From the IMG/VR virus record IMGVR_UViG_3300045988_140506: a stretch of 34,851 nucleotides of DNA; one strand, written 5' to 3'. The first letter of the stretch is position 1. Each line of letters opens with the position of its first letter. The notes below the pieces were generated by a model. That model did not search any database and was not told the DNA's origin. It saw only the letters and a list, made by a program, of their open reading frames with translations. Origin of the DNA: a virus. Below are positions 25,549 to 31,952 of the stretch, piece by piece. A program made the translations under genes and the position numbers.

Positions 25549-25716
25549 TTATACATTTTTCTTGCTCCTGTAATACAGTTCGTTGTATGCTTTGCGTGTT
25601 TTCGTGATTTCCTTTTCCTTGCGTTGAAATTCGCTTTTCCACGCCTTGTAAACTTCGCAAGTGTCGTGACACGCTTCCGTTCTGTTCGGGCATTTATAGC
25701 AATTATTTTCCGTCAT
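25549..25716 (-). CDS. 55-aa Cys-rich protein not in the ORF track
   Basis: The sequence is MTENNCYKCPNRTEACHDTCEVYKAWKSEFQRKEKEITKTRKAYNELYYRSKKNV. GGAGCAAGGAAGAAT lies before the ATG. Its composition is typical of this genome. It competes with listed ORF 25508..25693, which has no RBS. Confidence 0.45.
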   Translation of the reverse strand: MTENNCYKCPNRTEACHDTCEVYKAWKSEFQRKEKEITKTRKAYNELYYRSKKNV

Positions 25717-25885
25717 ATTCTTCCTTGCTCCTGTACATAGGCGGTCGCCCTGTTTGTTTAACGTAGCCCAGTTTTTCGCGGTTGATAATTTCGTCTACCG
25801 ACGGGCGATACCCTAATTCTTTGCAAAGTTTGTAGATAGTCGTTCTCGACACGCCCGTGATTTCTACAAGTTCTCTAATTGTCAT
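25703..25885 (-). CDS. Small helix-turn-helix DNA-binding protein (Xis/AlpA/MerR-like, 60 aa)
   Basis: MTIRELVEITGVSRTTIYKLCKELG is a textbook HTH. GAGGACGAAGAAA lies before the ATG. Confidence 0.7.
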   Translation of the reverse strand: MTIRELVEITGVSRTTIYKLCKELGYRPSVDEIINREKLGYVKQTGRPPMYRSKEEYDGK

Positions 25886-26822
25886 TTTCTTCGTCCTCTC
25901 TTATTGTTACTCGAATTTGTGATTTCACCTTTGTTAGTTTTTGGCACTCGCTGTAAACTTGCGGGTAACTTTCTTTTAACTTCTTGCTGTCCACGCTCAA
26001 CCTATCCGTTTGCGGTATGTATGTTACCAACACTTTGCCGTTGTCCCAACTCTTTATGCCTTGTTGCTCAAAAAGTGTCAAGAGTTCAGCCCTTAATTCG
26101 TCCCGCTTTACTTGCGCTTCTTTCGCTTGTTCTTCTAATGCGATAAAGTTTCTTTCCGCCTCTAAATAGCGGTTTTCAAAGTCTTTATCAATCGTCAGAC
26201 TTGTGCGCTCGTATGTCGTGTTGTTGTATTCGCAGTCAAGCAATTTCTCAATCTCGCCGTCGTCTACCTTGTCCAGCACTTCCACCGTCATATCGCCGCT
26301 TTTCGGCTCGTAATGGAAACAGTAAAAGGTTTTCGCGCCTTTCCATTTCAACGCTTTGCCATTGACCTTTTCGTCGCCCAACTTCCTTGCGAAGTAGTCC
26401 AAAACACTCACTTGCCACGATACGTATTCTTTGTGGAAACTTGCAGTGTTCTTGTGGTCGCCGATAATCAAAGTCCCGTCTTTCGCTATGCCCATTACGT
26501 CCGCCGTCCCTGCAATAATCATTCCGTCCCGTTCGTACGCAAGCATTTGCTCACCCACTCCGCAATCAAGGTTTTCCGCCACCCATTCTTTGAAGTGCTT
26601 GCCTTGCGCCGTTGTAGGCTCGTATTTCGCCACGTTAAGCACGTTTTCAAGGTCTTTGTGTACTTCCTTGCCCCTTGTTGCGCTTTCCCTTAATTTCGCC
26701 TTGCTCACCCCCGAATAGTCGGGAGCAAGTCCGTGCTTCCTTAAAAGTTCCGTAACCGATATGCTCGCAATGTCGCCGTTGACCGAATAGATATGTCCTT
26801 TTTCTTCCAACTCTATTCTCAT
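25875..26822 (-). CDS. PD-(D/E)XK (RecB/Cas4-like) recombination exonuclease with a C-terminal coiled coil
   Basis: The N-terminus GHIYSVNG...ISVTELL and the core GTADVMGIAKDGTLIIGDHKN (D...D-x-K) match the fold. There is an ATGA overlap with the upstream annealase gene. Confidence 0.75.
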   Translation of the reverse strand: MRIELEEKGHIYSVNGDIASISVTELLRKHGLAPDYSGVSKAKLRESATRGKEVHKDLENVLNVAKYEPTTAQGKHFKEWVAENLDCGVGEQMLAYERDGMIIAGTADVMGIAKDGTLIIGDHKNTASFHKEYVSWQVSVLDYFARKLGDEKVNGKALKWKGAKTFYCFHYEPKSGDMTVEVLDKVDDGEIEKLLDCEYNNTTYERTSLTIDKDFENRYLEAERNFIALEEQAKEAQVKRDELRAELLTLFEQQGIKSWDNGKVLVTYIPQTDRLSVDSKKLKESYPQVYSECQKLTKVKSQIRVTIREDEENDN

Positions 26823-27457
26823 TTTCCTAACGCCTTTTCCTTTGTGTTGATTACATACTCCGCTTGCTGATAAGTGAGTTCGTCAACGCTGTTTACCCTA
26901 AACTTTTTAAGCACGTTCGGGACAATGATTTCAAGTTCCTCAAATCTTTTCTTTTGCTTGTCCGTGATAGGCTCGCCCAACTCGATAGGCAAATCTTCGC
27001 CCGCATAAATATACAAGCCTAAACCAAACATCGCTATGTTCTTCGTCAAGCACCTCATTATGGTCTTGTTTACGTCGAACATTGTCGCCGCTTCACAAGT
27101 CTTTTCAAACTTGTTTTGCCCCTTGCCTACAATATAAGTGTACGGCTCGTCTTTCATAGCCTTGTTCGCTCCGTCCATTACGGGCAACCACATTTCCCTT
27201 GTAAGCCCCCTTGCGGTTATGCTCGTGAATACCATATATCCCAAAGTCTTGTCATATTGATAACAATGGAAAATACCGTCTTTGTCCGCAAATTGCTTGA
27301 TTTCGTAAGTTGCGTCAGGACACACTTTCAAAAACTCTTGCCACGCCCACGCCCACGATAAGTAAGTAAGGTCGTTTTTGAGTTCCGTATGTTCGTTTAC
27401 ATTCAACTGTATAAGTTTCTTAAACAGTTCTTCTTGCTCTTGTCTTAAATCTGCCAT
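26819..27457 (-). CDS. Rad52-like single-strand annealing protein (Sak / DUF1071 type)
   Basis: The family-typical pattern is LTYLSWAWAWQEFLKVCPDATYEIK ... WLPVMD ... RCLTKNIAMFGLGLYIYAGEDLP. I prefer ATG 27457, which has AAAGGAGCAAAAA upstream. The listed ATG at 27493 lies inside the -10 box of the promoter. Confidence 0.7.
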   Translation of the reverse strand: MADLRQEQEELFKKLIQLNVNEHTELKNDLTYLSWAWAWQEFLKVCPDATYEIKQFADKDGIFHCYQYDKTLGYMVFTSITARGLTREMWLPVMDGANKAMKDEPYTYIVGKGQNKFEKTCEAATMFDVNKTIMRCLTKNIAMFGLGLYIYAGEDLPIELGEPITDKQKKRFEELEIIVPNVLKKFRVNSVDELTYQQAEYVINTKEKALGK

Positions 27458-27488
27458 TTTTTGCTCCTTTGTTTCTTTTGATACTTTT

Positions 27489-27517
27489 ATCATACACCCT
27501 TTTTAAGCGATTGTAAA
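27489..27517 (-). promoter_or_regulatory. Sigma-70-type early promoter, copy 2 (TTTACA-N17-TATGAT)
   Basis: The minus strand reads TTTACAATCGCTTAAAAAGGGTGTATGAT. It matches the element at 31625-31656 at 31 of 32 positions and lies about 30 nt upstream of the annealase start. Confidence 0.65.
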
Positions 27518-27577
27518 CCATTTATACACATTTTTTCATATTTTTTTTAATATTTTTTTCATAAAAAAACGCACCCG

Positions 27578-27760
27578 TCATTGAGTGCATTTTTCAAGTT
27601 CGTTTTCGTATCTGTGCCGTGCCTTTTCTTCGGTGTAGTAGATAGCGGTGTAAAGTTGGTCATCTTCCATAAAATAAACCGCCCACTTACTGTCCCCGAT
27701 TTTCCGAATTGACGGAATTATCAGAATTTGCCTGCCGTCCTTTGTTTTTAGAACGTCCAT
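27578..27760 (-). CDS. Hypothetical protein (60 aa)
   Basis: ATG 27760 has GGGGGTGAGAAAA upstream. The listed start 27769 is a GTG inside that RBS. Confidence 0.5.
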   Translation of the reverse strand: MDVLKTKDGRQILIIPSIRKIGDSKWAVYFMEDDQLYTAIYYTEEKARHRYENELEKCTQ

Positions 27761-28004
27761 TTTTCTCACCCCCTTTCCATTTGTCGAAATAATGATAACA
27801 GTGTATCATTCCCACGCACCCGAATATATCCACAAGTCCGCATTGTGCATACAGAAGATACTTCGTTTGTTGCGCCGTCAAACGCCCTATGCACGCTATA
27901 AGACCTATGTTCGCAACAACTATCAAAGTGATTACAATCGCCGTTCCTAACGCCTGTATCGCCCGATTACGGTATTCTTTCCACTTTTCATCGAAATCAG
28001 TCAT
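27687..28004 (-). CDS. Two-TM small membrane protein (105 aa)
   Basis: The first hydrophobic stretch is LGTAIVITLIVVANIGLIACIG and a second lies near CGLVDIFGCVGMI. There is a TAATG overlap with the upstream gene. The basic, low-complexity C-terminal 25 aa overlaps the next gene by 74 nt. Confidence 0.5.
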   Translation of the reverse strand: MTDFDEKWKEYRNRAIQALGTAIVITLIVVANIGLIACIGRLTAQQTKYLLYAQCGLVDIFGCVGMIHCYHYFDKWKGGEKNGRSKNKGRQANSDNSVNSENRGQ

Positions 28005-28192
28005 TATTCGCCAACATCGGAAACACTATCAACAGCGTTATCCCGATTACAATTATAGTTATCGTATTCATAAACAATCTCCCGACACATTTCAACCGCT
28101 TGTTCTGCGTTAAAACGTTCTTTACCTTTCCAATTTGCGGAAAGTTTAGCGTGCAAGTCTTGTAATAATTCGTTTGCTCTCGATTTACTCAT
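28004..28192 (-). CDS. Hypothetical protein (62 aa)
   Basis: AGAGGTGATATA lies before ATG 28192. Confidence 0.55.
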   Translation of the reverse strand: MSKSRANELLQDLHAKLSANWKGKERFNAEQAVEMCREIVYEYDNYNCNRDNAVDSVSDVGE

Positions 28193-28248
28193 TATATCAC
28201 CTCTTTGTTGTTTTGTAAAGTTGTTTTATATTTGTTCCTTATAAACCG

Positions 28249-28515
28249 TCAAAAGTTTTCTTCTACTACTTTTATGTTTTGTTCCCCAAATAATTCAGCC
28301 ACATTTTTACACGATGGACTAAAGCGTTGGTGCGCCGAATTATATAACTTTGTCGGCATTGCAAGATAAATAGGCTCGTAAGATGGAATATTATAATACC
28401 ATTTCCATAATTTGCTTAATTCGTCGATTGACAAGCCTTGTGTAACTAATATCTTGTTATTTGCTTCAACTTCCGTGGGATTTATGAACCCACATCTTTT
28501 ACATTTTATAATCAT
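28249..28515 (-). CDS. Hypothetical protein with an N-terminal CxxC (88 aa)
   Basis: AAGGAGTGAATC lies before ATG 28515. Confidence 0.6.
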   Translation of the reverse strand: MIIKCKRCGFINPTEVEANNKILVTQGLSIDELSKLWKWYYNIPSYEPIYLAMPTKLYNSAHQRFSPSCKNVAELFGEQNIKVVEENF

Positions 28516-28537
28516 GATTCACTCCTTATAAATCGAT

Positions 28538-28640
28538 TTAACGCCAATTCTCCCCTTTAACCTCAATCTGCTCGCACATTTCCCTTATTCGGTCAATTGT
28601 AACTATGTCATACCCTTTTTGCATAAGCGTTCTTAATGTT
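28538..28640 (-). pseudogene. Orphan 3' end of a second, diverged DnaC-like allele (relic)
   Basis: The minus strand translates to TLRTLMQKGYDIVTIDRIREMCEQIEVKGENWR-stop. The intact gene end (29827-29929) reads TLSELMRKGYDVVTVDRIREMCEQVEVKGDNWR-stop. That is 26 of 33 aa identical, about 75-80 percent nucleotide identity by eye. An in-frame TGA lies a few codons further upstream and there is no start. Confidence 0.75.
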
Positions 28641-28735
28641 GTTTTGTAAAGTCGAGAAAGGGCGGTTTCTCAACTAAGGGTGTTATTTTATTTTGTTTGT
28701 TTATTTACTCCGCCGCCGCCCCGACGGCGCATTGC

Positions 28736-29830
28736 TTATCTATTGAGTTTATAACTGTATAACCCACTCTCAATGAGCCTTGTCATAAGTCTTTTTATCA
28801 TAATCGGCGGAACGCTCATACCGCATATATATTTAGGGTTTTGCCCGCAATAATTATAGTCTTGCGGGAATGTTTGTGCATTTATGATTTCATTTTGGTT
28901 AATTTTCGCTCCCCAATTCTCAATCCATATATCACATCCTCCTGCAACAAGTGTAGGACATATTTTGTTTCTATAAACAATGCGTTCAGTGAAATATGTA
29001 TCTTTATTATATAGCCTCTTCATTGTGTCACCAAGGTCTTTATCTTCTTTACTTGACAGCTTTGCAACTTCTGCCCTTTTTCCATTCTCAACAGCATGCT
29101 GTCCTGTCATAATATCCCCATACGTAATCGGCTCATAATTGAATGTAAGGTCAATATTTGACAAGTCAAAATTAAGTTTTGTTGCGACGAAAAATACTCT
29201 ATGTCTTGTTTGCGGAACGCCCATATCTTCGCCCTTTAACAGCCAATGCCTCACCGTATATCCTATTTCTCTGAATTTGGCATATATTTTTTCAATATAT
29301 TTATATGCATTGCCCAATAATAGCCCCTCGACATTTTCCATAATGACCGTTTTAGGACGAAATTTCGCAACTGTATCAATAAACACGAAAGATAAATCAT
29401 CAAGAGTTTGCTCGGATTGTCCCTCGCGAAATTTCTTTTTCTTTCCCCAACTATCTTCTCTTTCGCCAACCATCGAGAACGTCGTACAAGGCGGTGAGCC
29501 GTCAAGTATATCGAGGTTAAAAAGTTCTTCGGGCAAGTTTCCAAGTTCGTTGAATTTGCGAATATCCATAAGATAATTATATTTAGGTTTATGATTTGCA
29601 ACATATACGTCGTTCATCTTCTTGTCTATTTCGCAACAACCGAGAACGTCAACCCCACATAATTTATATCCCATTGTGCTACCACCGCCGCACGCAAAGC
29701 ACGAGAATGCAGTAAGCCCGTTTTTTTCAGGATAATCGGTCGCCATATTCCATTTCCAATCGGTAGATTTGATTGTCTTATAATCTGTAAGTGTTTCGTC
29801 AATATCCCATAATGCTATTTGTTCGTTCAT
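28736..29830 (-). CDS. DNA (cytosine-5) methyltransferase
   Basis: Motif I FACGGGS, motif IV GSPPCTTFS, motif VI ENVEGLL, motif VIII QTRHRVFFV and motif X GMSVPPIM are all present. ATG 29830 forms an ATGA overlap with the DnaC-like stop. The listed start 29836 is a TTG. Confidence 0.9.
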   Translation of the reverse strand: MNEQIALWDIDETLTDYKTIKSTDWKWNMATDYPEKNGLTAFSCFACGGGSTMGYKLCGVDVLGCCEIDKKMNDVYVANHKPKYNYLMDIRKFNELGNLPEELFNLDILDGSPPCTTFSMVGEREDSWGKKKKFREGQSEQTLDDLSFVFIDTVAKFRPKTVIMENVEGLLLGNAYKYIEKIYAKFREIGYTVRHWLLKGEDMGVPQTRHRVFFVATKLNFDLSNIDLTFNYEPITYGDIMTGQHAVENGKRAEVAKLSSKEDKDLGDTMKRLYNKDTYFTERIVYRNKICPTLVAGGCDIWIENWGAKINQNEIINAQTFPQDYNYCGQNPKYICGMSVPPIMIKRLMTRLIESGLYSYKLNR

Positions 29831-30621
29831 CTCCAATTATCCCCCTTGACTTCAACTTGCTCGCACATTTCCCTTATGCGGTCAACGGTAACAACGTCAT
29901 ATCCTTTTCTCATAAGTTCGCTCAAAGTGCAGTTCGACGTGATTATGACCGGTCTTTCGCCGATATATCGGTCGTTGATTACATTGTAGATTTTCGACTG
30001 TAACCACGTGTCTTGATTGTTTTTCATAACAACGTCTTTGCCGAAATCGTCCAAAAACAAAAAGTCGCACTGTTTAATTTCTTGCAGTTCAGCCTTGTCG
30101 TTTTCGTAAATAAGGTCAATAATTCGGTTTATGTTCGTAAACTTGACCTTAAAACCTTGCTCTAAAAGGTCATTCGCCATACACGCTGATATATGCGTTT
30201 TGCCCATTCCCGTCTTGCCGTAAATATACAGTCCTTTGCCGTCTTTAAATTTTTGTCTTGCGTTCGTACAATAGTCTTTGCACTCGCCCATTGCGTTCTC
30301 AAAGTCCGCCGTTCCTTTCGTACTCGCAACAAAACTCACCTTTGAATATCTCTCGTCCATTAACGATATTTCTTTGAGCCGTGCGATTTTCTGCAATATT
30401 TCCCATTTCTTTTCTTCGTCCTCGATTTCACGGTTTCGTTTGTCCCGACACTCGCAAGCACACATTATAAGATTGCCGTTTTCGTCGATAAGGTCAGGCA
30501 TTGCTCGCGGCGTGTTGCAGTTCGCACAATACAACACATCGTCTTTTATATAATCGCCGTCGGTCATCGTGCGTTCGTATTTCCTTAATGCCAATAGATA
30601 TAAGTTTTTATCTCGTTTCAT
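29827..30621 (-). CDS. DnaC/IstB-like AAA+ helicase-loader ATPase with an N-terminal Cys cluster
   Basis: Walker A GKTGMGKTH, Walker B DFLFLDDFG, and the N-terminal pattern CANCNTP...CACECRDK. AAGGAGTAAATT lies before the ATG. Confidence 0.85.
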   Translation of the reverse strand: MKRDKNLYLLALRKYERTMTDGDYIKDDVLYCANCNTPRAMPDLIDENGNLIMCACECRDKRNREIEDEEKKWEILQKIARLKEISLMDERYSKVSFVASTKGTADFENAMGECKDYCTNARQKFKDGKGLYIYGKTGMGKTHISACMANDLLEQGFKVKFTNINRIIDLIYENDKAELQEIKQCDFLFLDDFGKDVVMKNNQDTWLQSKIYNVINDRYIGERPVIITSNCTLSELMRKGYDVVTVDRIREMCEQVEVKGDNWR

Positions 30622-30631
30622 AATTTACTCC

Positions 30632-31480
30632 TTAAAAATATCTTAAAAGTTCTTTGTCGGTATAATTCGCAAGGTCAGGTCTTGCTTTTCGCAATTCCAA
30701 AAGTTCACGCTGTATCTTTTGTTCTTTCGTTTCTTCCGTCGGTTCGACTTGCTCGTTTTCTTTTAGCGGAAACAAACCCTGCCAACTGTTCATCACCGAT
30801 AGATTTATTATTTCAATCTGTTCGTTTATGTTTTTCGATAAGCGATTAAGTTTCGCAATCGCAAGTTCAAGACCGTGTTCCGTTATAGGCTTTTTGATTG
30901 CCTTTCTCATTTTTACATATTCTTTAAGTGGACTTTGTATTTTTTCATCTTGTTTGCTTATAATATCGTCAATAGTGTTTTCTTTCTCTTTCTTATTTTC
31001 TTTCTCTTTTAATATATTAGAGTTAGAATTAGATATAGAGTTAGAATTAGAATTAGATATAGAGATTTGTTTCACTTGCGTTACACAATCGTTACTTTGT
31101 AACGCTTTTTGATTTTTTCGTTCTCTAAATTGTCTAACTCTTTCAGCACTTTCGCTTTCGCTACCTATGTTATTACTTGCTTCTAAAAGAAAGAAATCGT
31201 TGTTTTCGTTCATATCTATTAAACCTTGCGATTGTAGATAAGAAATCGTTACACTTATATTTTCGACATCTTCGTCAAGTTTAAGCGCAAGTTCTTCCTG
31301 AAAAGTCGGCTCTATCTTTTCGTATTCGATATAACCGTTGTTTTTAATGCTTAATAATTGCAGTTTAAGATAAATAATCGTGTATGTATCGCCACCAGCA
31401 ATTTTTCTCAATTTTTTGATTTTTGGGCTATCAAAATAGTTTTCTTTGAGTTTTAGCCAAAAATACCTTTTGTCTGCCAT
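30632..31480 (-). CDS. Phage replisome organiser (N-terminal winged-helix type, DnaD-like C-terminal domain)
   Basis: The N-terminus MADKRYFWLKLKENYFDSPKIKKLRKIAGGDTYTIIYLKLQLLS is characteristic of the replisome-organiser family. The C-terminus reads MRKAIKKPITEHGLELAIAKL...SVMNSWQGLF. AAAGGAGCGTGAATAT lies before the ATG. Confidence 0.8.
   Translation of the reverse strand: MADKRYFWLKLKENYFDSPKIKKLRKIAGGDTYTIIYLKLQLLSIKNNGYIEYEKIEPTFQEELALKLDEDVENISVTISYLQSQGLIDMNENNDFFLLEASNNIGSESESAERVRQFRERKNQKALQSNDCVTQVKQISISNSNSNSISNSNSNILKEKENKKEKENTIDDIISKQDEKIQSPLKEYVKMRKAIKKPITEHGLELAIAKLNRLSKNINEQIEIINLSVMNSWQGLFPLKENEQVEPTEETKEQKIQRELLELRKARPDLANYTDKELLRYF
31017..31064. repeat. 24-bp tandem duplication made of TTAGAR hexamers inside the organiser gene (candidate origin iterons)
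   Basis: TTAGAGTTAGAATTAGATATAGAG is followed by TTAGAATTAGAATTAGATATAGAG, with 1 mismatch. It encodes the SISNSNSNSISNSNSN linker and is flanked by an AT-rich TTTCTCTTT tract. Confidence 0.85.
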
Positions 31481-31504
31481 ATATTCACGCTCCTTTTTTT
31501 GTAT

Positions 31505-31560
31505 AAAAAAACCGCCTAAACTTCCCTTAAAGTGATAGTCGGGGTTGTTTAAGCGGTTTT
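31505..31560 (-). terminator. Intrinsic terminator inside the 5' leader of the replication operon (attenuator candidate)
   Basis: In minus-strand RNA, AAAACCGCUUAAAC pairs with GUUUAGGCGGUUUU (10-bp core with one G.U pair). The loop is 25 nt and is followed by U7. The hairpin ends about 20 nt before the RBS of the organiser gene. Confidence 0.6.
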
Positions 31561-31625
31561 GGATAACCGATATTCAGTTTTTCGATGTTCAATGCTATCA
31601 CTCACCGAATACCGATTACTCTTAT

Positions 31626-31654
31626 ATCATACACCCTTTTTAAGCGATTGTCAA
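31626..31654 (-). promoter_or_regulatory. Sigma-70-type early promoter, copy 1 (TTGACA-N17-TATGAT)
   Basis: The minus strand reads TTGACAATCGCTTAAAAAGGGTGTATGAT, with a consensus -35 and 17-nt spacing. It lies about 140 nt upstream of the organiser gene. Confidence 0.7.
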
Positions 31655-31662
31655 CACTTTTG

Positions 31663-31691
31663 TTGCAATTTTTCAATTTTTTTGATACAAT
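31663..31691 (+). promoter_or_regulatory. Divergent plus-strand promoter candidate (TTGCAA-N17-TACAAT)
   Basis: Its -35 starts 8 bp from the -35 of the minus-strand promoter. The -10 ends 6 nt before the ATG at 31698, so the transcript would be leaderless or nearly so. Confidence 0.5.
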
Positions 31692-31697
31692 AAAAAT

Positions 31698-31865
31698 ATG
31701 AACGAAAATGTAATTGTTACCGACAAGAAAAAAATCGAAGAAATAAAACAAGCCCTGCAATCGACGGAGAGTTCTTTTGAAGAGATAAAGTCCGCCGAAC
31801 GTGATAAATTGCCCGAAAACGCAAAAAATGTTTGGTTTGGTATTGACAAGGCGAAAAAACCGTGA
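31698..31865 (+). CDS. 55-aa Lys/Glu-rich protein, the only plus-strand gene candidate
   Basis: The sequence is MNENVIVTDKKKIEEIKQALQSTESSFEEIKSAERDKLPENAKNVWFGIDKAKKP. It is not in the track because it is under 60 aa. Its composition resembles the real proteins here. There is no SD, which is consistent with leaderless translation. The competing minus-strand ORFs run across the duplicated promoter. Confidence 0.4.
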   Translation: MNENVIVTDKKKIEEIKQALQSTESSFEEIKSAERDKLPENAKNVWFGIDKAKKP

Positions 31866-31923
31866 TATAATACCATTGTCACCAAACAATGAGATGACAA
31901 ACATTTCCCCTTTGTTAGATAAA

Positions 31924-31945
31924 GCCCCCGACGAAAGCCGAGGGT
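31924..31945. terminator. Hairpin between the convergent 347-aa gene and the plus-strand unit (possibly bidirectional)
   Basis: Minus-strand RNA reads CCCUCGGC-UUUC-GUCGGGGG (8 bp, two G.U pairs) and is followed by a weak CUUUAUCU. On the plus strand the stem has two mismatches but is followed by UUUUGUCUUU. Confidence 0.45.
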
Positions 31946-31952
31946 TTTGTCT

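Noticed and set aside
25508-25693. Listed 61-aa ORF
   Set aside because: It has no RBS and odd composition. The alternative frame 25549..25716 has an RBS and a Cys-cluster motif.
28641-28735. Terminator or small RNA downstream of the methyltransferase (CGCCG-UCGGGG-CGGCG and GAGAAA-CCGCCC-UUUCUC stems)
   Set aside because: The stems are short and have no U-run. They are more likely junction debris of the cassette than a functional element.
29263-29604. 113-aa minus-strand ORF inside the methyltransferase gene
   Set aside because: It is out of frame within a gene whose five C5-methyltransferase motifs are all in the other frame.
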